Of a DNA stretch of 64,000 bases, positions 29,928 to 40,278 are shown piece by piece. The DNA is from a virus (lineage: Duplodnaviria; Caudoviricetes): the IMG/VR virus record IMGVR_UViG_3300025087_000034. One strand, written 5' to 3'. The notes under the pieces were generated by a model, which saw only the letters and a list, made by a program, of their open reading frames with translations, ran no database searches and was not told the origin of the DNA. Made by a program: the position numbers and the translations under genes. Within the stretch, counting starts at the first letter, position 1. Each line of letters starts with the position of its first letter.

Positions 29928-32139
29928 TCGGCTATATGATACCTCATACGTAGATGGCAGGGGTAACCAGGTGGTGTGGTCTAACGATACTAAGTTAGTG
30001 TCCTACTATAGCTGTGAGGGAGAGTCGTGGGATATTTATGGGGGTACCTCTTCAAGTTGGTACTTAGAAAATTATAGGCCTACCGATTTTTTCTATTCTA
30101 CAGATTTGGCAGATGATAAGTGGTCATATTTTTCTTATAGAGGTACTATTTCTGGGTCTGTTTCTAGTGGTTTGACTTTGGGTACTTATGGAAAAGAGGT
30201 TAGAGGAGGTGTGACTTCCTACGGAAAGTGGACTCTTTCAGGAATATTTGATATAAGACTTTACATTGATGAAAATTCTTATTATAATGAATATAGGAGT
30301 AATGTAGCTGTTGGTCTATCTGTTTCTAAGGATAGTTCTTATAAATATAGGGTGTCTAAGTATTTTGATGGGTCTTCTATAGGAGCTATGTCTCATTATG
30401 TAGAGGGTAAAGAACTAAAATATTACTCTTGGTTCAACAACGGTTCTTTTGTTTCTACTGAGGCTGATTCAAGTGTATCTTGTTTGAGGATCGTTCGTGA
30501 TGCCTCGGGGGTGTCCTCCTATGTAGATTACGGGGGCGGTTTCGTACAGGTCGGTAGCACGGTATCTGGGTTATGCTGGGAGAAGCCTTTGTATGTGGAG
30601 TTGGAGTTGGAGGCTGAGCAGGCTAATACAGTAGTGTGTAGGGTTGAGGGGGTGTCTATAAGCGGGTCCGTTATCCCCTCAACTATGTTTTCCTCAAAAA
30701 TACGTGGGGTTACACAGTCTTTTCCTGGTGAGACTATTTTTGTTGTTGATTCTTTGGGCTTATCTGTGGTGGACTTGTCAGACTCCTCCCTTTGGATGAG
30801 GTTTGATTTGGATAGCGGCGCTATGTTTAGAGACGTTGATTGTAAAATTTCGGCGGGGGAAGGAAAAATTTATTATACTTCCACACAAGGACTTAATTGC
30901 ATAGATTTTTCAAATGATACTTTTTATAGGTATATAAAAGGAAAGAAACAAACTAGTAGTTATTGTATAGTAGAAAGAAATTTTGATACAATTTTGTACG
31001 ATTCTATTAGTATGGATTTGCTTCCAGACAATCAGGTTAACGACGTATTTTTTAGGAAGTTTAATGGTACAGACTATTTAGCGGTCACTACTGTTAGTGG
31101 TTTGGATATACTAGTAGATGATTTTTCAGTATATAGTAGTTTAAATAGAAATGAAAATATATCAAATGTTTTTATTTCCCCCGCTGGGAAATTATTGTGG
31201 TCTTCTTATAGCCAGGACTCCAATACAGGAAAACTCTATGCTTTAGATGACATATCTGCTATACTTACTGGTGGTGGGGTGTTCAATTATTCAGTTTTTT
31301 ATGATTCTGATACTACCCCTATTTCCCTATCTTCTGAGAAAATAAATTCTATATTCTGTTCTATTGAGGGGGAGATAGTTTTAGCAAATGAGTTTGGAAT
31401 AGATTATATAAATAATAGTGGGTCAGTTTCTTTTGGCCCAATTAACTCTATTAATCCCTTAAGCAGCCCTTCTTTTGAATCGTTTTTAGGGGTTGATTGG
31501 CACTTGCTTTACTCTTCTGTTTTACCAAAGCCCCTGGTTTCCGTTTCTAGGTCTTCTTCTTGGAAAACTAATGGTAGTTATAGCTTAAAGCTTTCTTCTA
31601 TTAGTGGCGGTTACTATGTTTCTAATTATAGTGGTGGTGTTTATCAACAGGTAGATTTTTCATTAATAGATAAATTATATTTCGATATTAAGGTTGTGAA
31701 TACTACTGGTATTACCTCTAATATAGGGGTGTTTGAGGTTCTTTGTGGTGGGTCTGTTTTATTGTCTGTTAATAGTATAGAAGGCTCCTTTATAAAGTAT
31801 AATTATTCGATAGATTGTTCTTCTATTAATTCTGTAGGTCAGCTGGTATTTAGACTTAGATATCTTACTTCTATTGCAGGTGTTGGGGAACTTTCTTATT
31901 ATGTTGATAACGTAAGGGTATTTATAAAGGAACCAGACTATAATATAATACCAACTAGAACACATGAGGTTTTATCTGCAACTTTATTTGAAGCTTTAGG
32001 CCAGAAAAAGATATATTTTTCTTGTAAAGATGGTTACGGAGCAATAGATGTAGATACAAATACGCTAGACTACTACACATATATTAATGATTTTGTACAG
32101 GGTGGTATTATAAATAAAGCTGAGTATGCTATAGGATAA
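29920..32139 (+). CDS. Putative virion protein (739 aa) with a beta-propeller-like module shared with 33280..39453
   Basis: FPGETIFVVDSLGLSVVDLSDSSLWMRF matches FPTQVYVVVDTEGLSVINAADNTLWMRF in the downstream giant ORF. Confidence 0.55.
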   Translation: MTNRLYDTSYVDGRGNQVVWSNDTKLVSYYSCEGESWDIYGGTSSSWYLENYRPTDFFYSTDLADDKWSYFSYRGTISGSVSSGLTLGTYGKEVRGGVTSYGKWTLSGIFDIRLYIDENSYYNEYRSNVAVGLSVSKDSSYKYRVSKYFDGSSIGAMSHYVEGKELKYYSWFNNGSFVSTEADSSVSCLRIVRDASGVSSYVDYGGGFVQVGSTVSGLCWEKPLYVELELEAEQANTVVCRVEGVSISGSVIPSTMFSSKIRGVTQSFPGETIFVVDSLGLSVVDLSDSSLWMRFDLDSGAMFRDVDCKISAGEGKIYYTSTQGLNCIDFSNDTFYRYIKGKKQTSSYCIVERNFDTILYDSISMDLLPDNQVNDVFFRKFNGTDYLAVTTVSGLDILVDDFSVYSSLNRNENISNVFISPAGKLLWSSYSQDSNTGKLYALDDISAILTGGGVFNYSVFYDSDTTPISLSSEKINSIFCSIEGEIVLANEFGIDYINNSGSVSFGPINSINPLSSPSFESFLGVDWHLLYSSVLPKPLVSVSRSSSWKTNGSYSLKLSSISGGYYVSNYSGGVYQQVDFSLIDKLYFDIKVVNTTGITSNIGVFEVLCGGSVLLSVNSIEGSFIKYNYSIDCSSINSVGQLVFRLRYLTSIAGVGELSYYVDNVRVFIKEPDYNIIPTRTHEVLSATLFEALGQKKIYFSCKDGYGAIDVDTNTLDYYTYINDFVQGGIINKAEYAIG

Positions 32140-32141
32140 CA

Positions 32142-33272
32142 ATGTCTTATACACTTACAGGAAACATAACAGGGATTTTAGGTATTACTAATATTGTTTC
32201 TAGTGATTTAACTTATATGTCCGATGGCGATAAGTATGTTAACGGGCCCACGATTTCTGTAGGAGAGACAGCGGAATTTATTATAGATTTGTATAATAGG
32301 TATTATACGTTGGGGGTGTATTATTATTATAGTGGTGGGGGTGTGGTTTCTATGTATGTTGAGGAGTCTTTTGGTTATTGGGTACAAGTTTTTCCGTCTG
32401 TTATTCTTGGTGGTTTATTTATTGGTCTTACGGGTGTTTATCCTAAAAGAGTAAAGGTTGTGCACTTGGCTTCTTTGAGTCTTGTTACTGCACATGAGTT
32501 ACAAATATATAATAAAGATACTCTACTGGTTTTTGATTTTGATAAGGTAGCTTTAGATTCAAGTGGTGTTTTAGATACTATGGTTTCTGTATATAATAGT
32601 AGCACTGGTGTTAAAGATATAAATGTATTTGTTTCTGAGGGGAGCGGGGTAGAAAGTGTAGCCCTTTCTTATTCTGGGTCCGGCCCCTATTATTTTAGAT
32701 ATGAAAAGGGTTTAATACTACCCGGGGCTTTTTCTTGGGATAGTGGGAGACATATTAATACTGTGGTTAGTGGCACAAACCTTACTATTTCAGGGGTCTC
32801 TGTTAGTGGTACCTACTATAGCCCTGTTGTTGATTTGTATGGCTATAGTGGATACAGGGTTTTTTGGGATGAATTTTTACCAGACGGTGATTTTATAGGT
32901 TTTATAGATAACAGTGGAAGCGAGAGGTGTATTGGGGTTAGGTCTTCATATATTGCTCCAGTAGAGGGTTGGTCTAGTGGGTCGTTGGCTTCTGAGTCAG
33001 ACCCGTTTTGGAGCATTGCGGATGGGTCTCTAAATTTTTTGGCGGCGCCGAAAGAGATCATAATAGCAGATGATATAAATAGGTATTCCCAATTTTGTAT
33101 AACAATTACAGGATCAATAACGAACAAACCATATATAAAAAAGGCAGGTTTTGAAACACCCATAACGATATCTGGTGTTCAACCAAGCACTTATGCAAAT
33201 ATATATATTCGTAATAATGAAGATACCTCTGGAAAAACAGCTGGTATCATAACATGGTATACAGAACAATAG
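32142..33272 (+). CDS. Putative virion protein (376 aa)
   Basis: Beta-rich composition. The SGTYYSPVVDL motif resembles VGSYTSPIFDL in 24795..29927. Confidence 0.5.
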   Translation: MSYTLTGNITGILGITNIVSSDLTYMSDGDKYVNGPTISVGETAEFIIDLYNRYYTLGVYYYYSGGGVVSMYVEESFGYWVQVFPSVILGGLFIGLTGVYPKRVKVVHLASLSLVTAHELQIYNKDTLLVFDFDKVALDSSGVLDTMVSVYNSSTGVKDINVFVSEGSGVESVALSYSGSGPYYFRYEKGLILPGAFSWDSGRHINTVVSGTNLTISGVSVSGTYYSPVVDLYGYSGYRVFWDEFLPDGDFIGFIDNSGSERCIGVRSSYIAPVEGWSSGSLASESDPFWSIADGSLNFLAAPKEIIIADDINRYSQFCITITGSITNKPYIKKAGFETPITISGVQPSTYANIYIRNNEDTSGKTAGIITWYTEQ

Positions 33273-33279
33273 GTACTCA

Positions 33280-36200
33280 ATGTCAAGTTTAGACACTATT
33301 TTAAATATAGATTCTACCTATACAGATATTAACGGTAATTACATCCTTAATTCCGATGTAGTCACTTCTGTCTCAAACTATAATTCTACTGTTACTGGTA
33401 CAGAAAATGCATGGGACCATAAATGGAATGTAGCTAGTCCTTTTATAAATAGTAGTTTTTCTTTACCAACCAGTGGTACTTGGACTTATGGCACGGATGA
33501 TTCTGCTACTCCGTATAAACACAATTTTTTTAGGATGCCATGGATAGGCGAGACAGATTTGTTATCAGGTAAGTCTGTCACAAGTAGTGGGTATTCAGGG
33601 AGTTTTGATGCTCCTAACTTAGTAGTTTTTAATAGTGCTAATGGTTGGTGGACTGCAAATAAGACTGAGTATGTTAATGCGGTTATAGTAGACATGGGGG
33701 TTGTAAGTAGTATATCTCATATTTGTGTTATACCTGGGTTTGGTACAGATTATACAAATTGGGTTAAGAACTATAGGGTGGGAGTATCTAATACTATTAA
33801 TTATTGGGATTTTGAAATAGTAGCCAGCGGTATTACTACTAGTGGGGTTTTAGAGCCAATACAGGTGTTTCTGGGTGAAGATAGCACTCGGTATGTTAAG
33901 TTTTACGCAGATACAAATTGGGGGGGTGCTTCCTATATTTCTGTTGGAAAGTTACATGCTTATGACAATCCTACCTGGGGGGTGTTTGGGTATAAAGAGA
34001 AGGACCAAGTTGATGGTAGTTATGCTTTAATGTACCAATCTGTAGATTTAACAGAAATTGACACTGTTTATATTGATTTATTGTCTTTGATGTCAAGTGC
34101 AATACAAGATGGTACAATTTCTTTTTATGTAGATTCCAATCAAGTGGGCAGTACCCTTAGTTACTCTTCTACATTAGCTTGGGTGGATTCGGAAGATGGA
34201 AATAGGTGGAAGTATAGAGAATATCCAGTCGATGTTTCTGCTTATAGTGGGATTAGACAGTTTAAGGTTCAATTTAACACAACCAGGTCTGATAACACTA
34301 GGGCTTATTTTTATTTTTCCGCTTCAAATTTAGCTACTATGCCACGATGGTTTTATGAGGGGGTATCTGGTGTCAGGGGTTTGACCGCAGAGTTTCCTAC
34401 TCAGGTGTATGTTGTTGTTGATACCGAGGGTTTGTCCGTAATAAATGCGGCCGACAACACATTATGGATGAGGTTTTTGATTGGGTATGGCTATGCATTG
34501 GGGGAGGCTCCTGTTTCTGTGTGTGCTAGTAACGGTAAAGTTTGGGCTGCTACTAGTAAGGGGTTATATAGAATAGATTTCATTGATAACAGAGTTTATC
34601 GGTATAATAGTGCTGGTGTTTATTATAGGCCATCAATAGCTGCCAGAAATGAATATTCAAAGTGGTTTTTGTTAAATACAGATGTAGCTACTCCCTCGGA
34701 CTTTATAAGGTGTGTTGCTTGTGGCACCTATTTAGGCGACGAGTTTATTATAGCAGGTACTTCTGATGGTTTGTATTTTTTGAAGGACCCTTTTATAGGG
34801 GTGTCAGGGGCGTATAATTCTGTATATAAATGGAATATAAATAGTGTCTCAATAAATAATGGCAAGGTTGCTGTCTCTGTTGATGGTGGAACAAGTTCTA
34901 GGATTATTTACTATGATAGTATAGCCGCCTTATTGTCAGAAAATTTTGTTGTTGGTAATGAGGTTTTTTCTAACGATAGTCTGCCTATAAATTTTAGTCT
35001 TTCCGGGTCTTTACCTGAACAATTGTCTTCTATACGGTGTGGTGAGTTAGAGTTTTTACCTAATGGCGCCCATTTTACCGTTTCAGGTACCAAGGTTTTA
35101 CCTGGTTCTGTCAGTTTGGTTTCAAACAGGTATCCTTCTAGACCCTTTGATTTGTACGCTGACGTAAGGATAGATGACTGGGTAAGTCGTTGTGGAGGGG
35201 GTTTACATTTAGGGGCAGGTACTGGGTGGCCCTATTCGTTAGATTCTTATTATAGTGGGCATAGAAATAGCTATTCAGTTTCAGCGTCCAACTTAACATT
35301 CATGCCTGTTATACAAAATGACCCCTTGGTAGATAATATATATGACAGGTGGTCAAAAAATATTTCTACTAATACTACCTCTATGTTGTTGTCTGTTAGC
35401 GGTACTAGGTTTTATGGTTACACTTCAAGTAGCAGTACGGGTTCTCAATATGGCCCCCTTGTTGGTAGTTATCTTTCCCTAGCTAGTCCTTCGTCGTTTA
35501 CTGCTAGGGTAAAGGTTTGTATCAATAGTATGCCAACAGGAATTACTGCTGGTAGGTTTAAATCTGTATTGTTTGGTGTCAGTAATGGTAGCGGTGGTTC
35601 TACAAGTACGGTTTCTACTGCCATGGCTTTTACTTATCACACTTCTGATATAAATCCTGCTGCTTATAATACTATAGCTCAATCGGCTATAAATACGTGG
35701 ACTCCGAATACCATCAATACTGTGGCGGCTTTTTCTGGGGATGGTACTGGTGCTGCAGTTTTTCATCAATGGGAATTTACTTATAACAGTTCTACTGGTT
35801 TATTTTCTTGTAGTGTTGATGGTACACATATAAGAACATTTACAAATTCTGTTGGTTCTAATGTTTATATTGTGTTTGGATTTAAAGAGAGTGATAATTC
35901 TGTCCAAAATGTATCTTCTTATTTTAAAGATTTTGAGATAGATTTTGGTTATCCATCAGACAACATTAGTAGAAAATATATACTAGCCACTCATAATTCT
36001 GCCGGCGGGATTAAACCCACGGTTAGTGGTGGTACGCATCTAGATGGTGTACAATTTGATACCATAGACGGTACCGCTCTAGCGGAATGGCGAACTTGGC
36101 GACTTTCTTATGACGGTAGTAATGTTTCTAGTTATGTAGATGGAGCTTTGGTGGGGGGCCCTACGGGAGTTTCTTTTGGTAGTTTTGTAAACTTTTTCGT

Positions 36201-39200
36201 TGGTTATGACATGCCGGTTACTGTTAGTGGCATATCTTCCGTCTGTTTTGACATAAAAAACTTTAAGGTGGAGTTTGACCCAGATTATACAGTTATATCT
36301 GGTGGTATAAATGAAGTAAGATTAAATAATGGTGTGTACGTAGAGGTTGAGCAGGACGCTTCTTTTGTTTCTACGACCAGTGGTGTTAATATTTGTGTAT
36401 ATACAGGTTCTCTTGCTGGACAGCCTGATTATATTTATGATTATGGCATAGATGAGTCTGGCATGGATAATAACGTACTATATGGTAGTGCTAAAATAGT
36501 ATCCAATGTAGAACCAGATTCCGGGGTAATAGGTTATACAGGGCTTATGTATGTTGGTACTTCTAATTACTTTAATGATTCATTCGGTAATTCTTGGAAT
36601 AGGTGGATAGACAGGCCTGCTAGTGCGAATAGTTCTGCTAAGGGGTGTCTTTGTGTGTCTTATTTAGGTGACGTTGGGTATTTTTACTATAATTATACAC
36701 CAGATACTTTTTCTTTATTTTCTCGGTCCTTGTCCTCGTCTTATGGACAGTGGAGTTTAATAGGGTGTAATACTCAAGCTCCTGGTTATACAGGAGTTGG
36801 CTCTAGTAGGGCATATTGTGTTGATATAGATGATGGAAATCAGTATCTCATTGGTCCTACTTTTATGTCTTATTTCAATAAAGAAACAGGAGTGTGGAGT
36901 TCGAGTAATATCGGGACCGGTCCTGTGTATGTAGGCGGTGGAGAGGTCTTTGATGACGGTGAGGTGTCGCCTGCTGTTTCTAGAAAGGAGCTCTTCCTAG
37001 TGCAAGACGGGGAGGTAGGGAGGTTTAAGTCCGAGTGGTTAAATTGGGAGGGGGCTAGTTTATGTGGCACTTATAGTCCTGTAGGAGCTGTAGATACCTG
37101 TGTTGTTTATTCTGAATATGATAATGCTATTTATGTTTGGTCTTATGGTACGACTTCTAATTTTTATAGAATAATGCTTGATCAAAGAAGTTGGGAAGGG
37201 CCTTTGTCAGATCCTCCTGTACCATATAATGTTGATACTGGTATATATAGTTTTTATAGGCCTTATGATGAGTGTTTGTATTTTATGATAAGTAAGTATA
37301 ATAGGTTTTTGTGCTATGATATAAAGAAAGGGGCGTGGATTAATACCAGTTCTGGTTGGTTTTTTGCCTCCGTATCCAATAATATGAGTGCTTCTTATTC
37401 TCCAATAACAGATACTGTGTATTTGAATTATGGAATAGGGACTTTAAGTACGGCAAAATATAGGTTCAAAAATAATGAGTTTAAAGATTATGTTTCTTGG
37501 GAGCCTGCTTTATTAATTAACCCTGAGGGCCAATCAGGGAAAAGTTTCAGTAGGGTTTCTCTTGGTTCTGGTAAGTATGCTAAGTCTGATAGTTTTTCTG
37601 ATTCTTTAGTAGACGGGGTCTGGTTTGATTTTGAGAGCCATGCCGTGAGTAAGACTTCTGTGGACGAGGGGGGAGGGGTTTTAAGTTTTATAATTAACAA
37701 TATTACAGAAACGGGAGGGTCCCAAGCTTTGCGGACTAATGCGTGCCCGGTTCCCTCGGCGAGTTTTTCTGCTACTATGAAAGTGAAAATTTTGGGTCTT
37801 CCTTCTCCAAACCACGCTAGTTCTTTTAATAGTTTTGTTTTTGGTGTTACGGATTACCTGGGTAGTAGGGGTAATGATTCTTGGACTGGTGTTTCTAGAA
37901 TGGGTAATACCTTGTTAGGTAAAAACGGGCTGTGGCTTATTGGTTATAATACGCAGACACTGTCTTCTAGGTATTCTTTATGGAAGAAAGAGGGACAAAG
38001 TGAGACTAGGTATGGTAGTACAAACTATATAGGTTTTAATGCCACTGATGGTACAGAAAATGCTTCTTATAGGCTTTGGCGTATAGATTATAATTATCTA
38101 ACATCAACTTTATCTGCCTATATAGATGGTGTTTTTGTAGGGTCTGTGCTGCTCACGAGTCAACTAAAGCATGGTATGTATTTATGCTTTGGTGGTTATT
38201 GTAACCAGATTTCTAGTTCTGGACAGTTGGATGTGGACGTTATAGATCTAGTAGTAAATGATTACACAAATATTTCTACGGTAGCAGGTTATATGACATT
38301 GGGCTGTTCTTCCCTTTGCTCTGAAAATTATTATGAGCGCTATGACTGTACTATGCGGTCAGAAGTACAGTTTTGTTTTGAAAATGACTTTGTTTTAGAT
38401 ACCTATTCAACGGATTCCAATAATTATGTGTGTACAATAGCAAATATCGAGAATGGTGAAAAGAAATATGAGTTGAACGCTCTCTATGATGGTTCTAAGA
38501 AAATAGGGATATATTCTTTTGGTAGCCAGTCAGAGCTGGGGTCTTATTCCTCTGTTGTGTTGCATGATTGGGCTTCTAGGTCTTTGTATAAGCTTAGTGT
38601 GGATAGTGATAAAAATCTTAGTGTTTTTGTAGATGGAACCCTAAAAGAAGAGTTGTATACTTTAGGTATAAATATTCCAGATACCTTATTAAAGCGGGTT
38701 TCATTTGGTAAGAATAATTTTAACAATCCCGCTATACGAAATATAATGGATACTAACACGGACCATATTACAACCTCTGGAACATGGTCTTTACAGCAAA
38801 ACTCCGCTTCTTATAGGGGGGCTTATTTTGGGGCTCAGCGTTATAAGTATAATGGGTCATCTTCGGACGTTATCATATTTAGATTTAATTGTGGCAGTGC
38901 TATCTATGGTAGCTTGTATATGTTTTACAATGTTGACCCGGTGTATTCTACAACAACCCCTATTATTATTTATCATAATGGTGTGGAGACTTTGCCCGTA
39001 TCAGATTCTTTTTCTACAAACCCTCTTGTGTCTGTTTTAGATAACATAGGGGAGGGAGGGGCCTCTGATTTAGATGCAACTACAGTTGTTGTGTCTCAGG
39101 TACGGGATTGTAGTGGGTATTCTGTAGATGTTGTTAGGGCATCCGGGTGGGTTTATTTGGGCAGTTATTTGGGTATAAATAGGGTTATTGTTACCGGTTA

Positions 39201-39453
39201 TACTGGTAAGAGTGTTGTAGCAGATACGTTTAAAGTCGAATATGGGGATGAGCCTTCTTACAGTACCTTTTCTTCTAAGGTTTACAAATTTGGGTATGCT
39301 GTGGGTCAAGATTCCGTTAAATATTTAAGTAGTGCTTCTCCTGGTTTTAGTGTTGTTAATTTAGATACTAGTGAGTTGGTTGATTATTATGATAGTAATT
39401 CTTCACCGAATATAGTCGGTAGTGACATATCCGATATTAATATAGTAATATAG
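33280..39453 (+). CDS. Giant putative receptor-binding/tail protein (2057 aa): F5/8-type-C (discoidin)-like, lectin-like, kelch-like and golvesin-like domains
   Basis: Discoidin-like GKSVTSSG...VIVDMG...VKNYRVGVS...TRYVKFYADTNWG at ~33560-33960. Golvesin-like ITTSGTWS...YSTTTPIIIYH...SGWVYLGSY...VVADTFK at ~38760-39240. Confidence 0.6.
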   Translation: MSSLDTILNIDSTYTDINGNYILNSDVVTSVSNYNSTVTGTENAWDHKWNVASPFINSSFSLPTSGTWTYGTDDSATPYKHNFFRMPWIGETDLLSGKSVTSSGYSGSFDAPNLVVFNSANGWWTANKTEYVNAVIVDMGVVSSISHICVIPGFGTDYTNWVKNYRVGVSNTINYWDFEIVASGITTSGVLEPIQVFLGEDSTRYVKFYADTNWGGASYISVGKLHAYDNPTWGVFGYKEKDQVDGSYALMYQSVDLTEIDTVYIDLLSLMSSAIQDGTISFYVDSNQVGSTLSYSSTLAWVDSEDGNRWKYREYPVDVSAYSGIRQFKVQFNTTRSDNTRAYFYFSASNLATMPRWFYEGVSGVRGLTAEFPTQVYVVVDTEGLSVINAADNTLWMRFLIGYGYALGEAPVSVCASNGKVWAATSKGLYRIDFIDNRVYRYNSAGVYYRPSIAARNEYSKWFLLNTDVATPSDFIRCVACGTYLGDEFIIAGTSDGLYFLKDPFIGVSGAYNSVYKWNINSVSINNGKVAVSVDGGTSSRIIYYDSIAALLSENFVVGNEVFSNDSLPINFSLSGSLPEQLSSIRCGELEFLPNGAHFTVSGTKVLPGSVSLVSNRYPSRPFDLYADVRIDDWVSRCGGGLHLGAGTGWPYSLDSYYSGHRNSYSVSASNLTFMPVIQNDPLVDNIYDRWSKNISTNTTSMLLSVSGTRFYGYTSSSSTGSQYGPLVGSYLSLASPSSFTARVKVCINSMPTGITAGRFKSVLFGVSNGSGGSTSTVSTAMAFTYHTSDINPAAYNTIAQSAINTWTPNTINTVAAFSGDGTGAAVFHQWEFTYNSSTGLFSCSVDGTHIRTFTNSVGSNVYIVFGFKESDNSVQNVSSYFKDFEIDFGYPSDNISRKYILATHNSAGGIKPTVSGGTHLDGVQFDTIDGTALAEWRTWRLSYDGSNVSSYVDGALVGGPTGVSFGSFVNFFVGYDMPVTVSGISSVCFDIKNFKVEFDPDYTVISGGINEVRLNNGVYVEVEQDASFVSTTSGVNICVYTGSLAGQPDYIYDYGIDESGMDNNVLYGSAKIVSNVEPDSGVIGYTGLMYVGTSNYFNDSFGNSWNRWIDRPASANSSAKGCLCVSYLGDVGYFYYNYTPDTFSLFSRSLSSSYGQWSLIGCNTQAPGYTGVGSSRAYCVDIDDGNQYLIGPTFMSYFNKETGVWSSSNIGTGPVYVGGGEVFDDGEVSPAVSRKELFLVQDGEVGRFKSEWLNWEGASLCGTYSPVGAVDTCVVYSEYDNAIYVWSYGTTSNFYRIMLDQRSWEGPLSDPPVPYNVDTGIYSFYRPYDECLYFMISKYNRFLCYDIKKGAWINTSSGWFFASVSNNMSASYSPITDTVYLNYGIGTLSTAKYRFKNNEFKDYVSWEPALLINPEGQSGKSFSRVSLGSGKYAKSDSFSDSLVDGVWFDFESHAVSKTSVDEGGGVLSFIINNITETGGSQALRTNACPVPSASFSATMKVKILGLPSPNHASSFNSFVFGVTDYLGSRGNDSWTGVSRMGNTLLGKNGLWLIGYNTQTLSSRYSLWKKEGQSETRYGSTNYIGFNATDGTENASYRLWRIDYNYLTSTLSAYIDGVFVGSVLLTSQLKHGMYLCFGGYCNQISSSGQLDVDVIDLVVNDYTNISTVAGYMTLGCSSLCSENYYERYDCTMRSEVQFCFENDFVLDTYSTDSNNYVCTIANIENGEKKYELNALYDGSKKIGIYSFGSQSELGSYSSVVLHDWASRSLYKLSVDSDKNLSVFVDGTLKEELYTLGINIPDTLLKRVSFGKNNFNNPAIRNIMDTNTDHITTSGTWSLQQNSASYRGAYFGAQRYKYNGSSSDVIIFRFNCGSAIYGSLYMFYNVDPVYSTTTPIIIYHNGVETLPVSDSFSTNPLVSVLDNIGEGGASDLDATTVVVSQVRDCSGYSVDVVRASGWVYLGSYLGINRVIVTGYTGKSVVADTFKVEYGDEPSYSTFSSKVYKFGYAVGQDSVKYLSSASPGFSVVNLDTSELVDYYDSNSSPNIVGSDISDINIVI

Positions 39454-39462
39454 GGGTGGTTA

Positions 39463-40263
39463 ATGGTATACTATTCTGCAGGAACGGCAACAACTGAGCA
39501 GGATTTAATAGTGGCAATAGACACATTCTTGACTAGTACCATAGGTTCTTGGTCTAGAATAGGGACTATAACTGACACTTCCTCAGATAAAGATTATGTT
39601 TATAAAGTGGCTGGTCCCGGTACACCAGGGCAGTATAGGGATATTTATGTTCGTTGGAGGGGGTATAGTAATACTTTATATGTATACGGATATAGTGCTT
39701 GGTATAGTGCTGCTTCATATAGCGACCAATTGTATAGTACTACATATGCTGCTACTGGTGCTTCTGCTATAAAGTACTGGTTTTTTGGGGATAGTACATA
39801 TCTGTGGGTTGTTATAAAAAATGGAGATGACAATTATTATTATTCGTGTTTTGGTGGTTTTATAGACAGTTATTATTCTTATACTTACGATCCTTTACCC
39901 TTGGCCGTTGTTGGGCAGACATCATACGCTACCGGTCTTCAGGAGGCAGGTAGAACACAGATGTATTCTGCTACAGTTAGTGGGTCAAATGTCAACTATT
40001 TGGTTGACCATGCCCAAACAGATTTTTTAGCCTATGGTGACCCTAATGTTAGGGATAATAGTCAAGCACACTATCCTCTTATTCTGTATAGCACTACAGC
40101 AGGATCTAAGGAGATTAGGGGGGAATTTCCAGGAGCAGTAAAGTTTTCTGGCGATACTTTGGTTTCAGAAGATTGGGTGGTGGTGTCGGGAACAGACTAT
40201 AAGTTTTTTATACGTAGGTATAGTACGGACGACTGTGAGGGTTATGGCCCGGTCCATGTTTAA
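39463..40263 (+). CDS. Putative virion protein, tandem paralog of 40279..41118
   Basis: Aligns over its length with the next ORF (GTxxTEQDxI...WxRI...SDxDY...DIYxRxRGYS...KYWxxGD). Confidence 0.55.
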   Translation: MVYYSAGTATTEQDLIVAIDTFLTSTIGSWSRIGTITDTSSDKDYVYKVAGPGTPGQYRDIYVRWRGYSNTLYVYGYSAWYSAASYSDQLYSTTYAATGASAIKYWFFGDSTYLWVVIKNGDDNYYYSCFGGFIDSYYSYTYDPLPLAVVGQTSYATGLQEAGRTQMYSATVSGSNVNYLVDHAQTDFLAYGDPNVRDNSQAHYPLILYSTTAGSKEIRGEFPGAVKFSGDTLVSEDWVVVSGTDYKFFIRRYSTDDCEGYGPVHV

Positions 40264-40278
40264 AGTGGAGGTAGAGTT

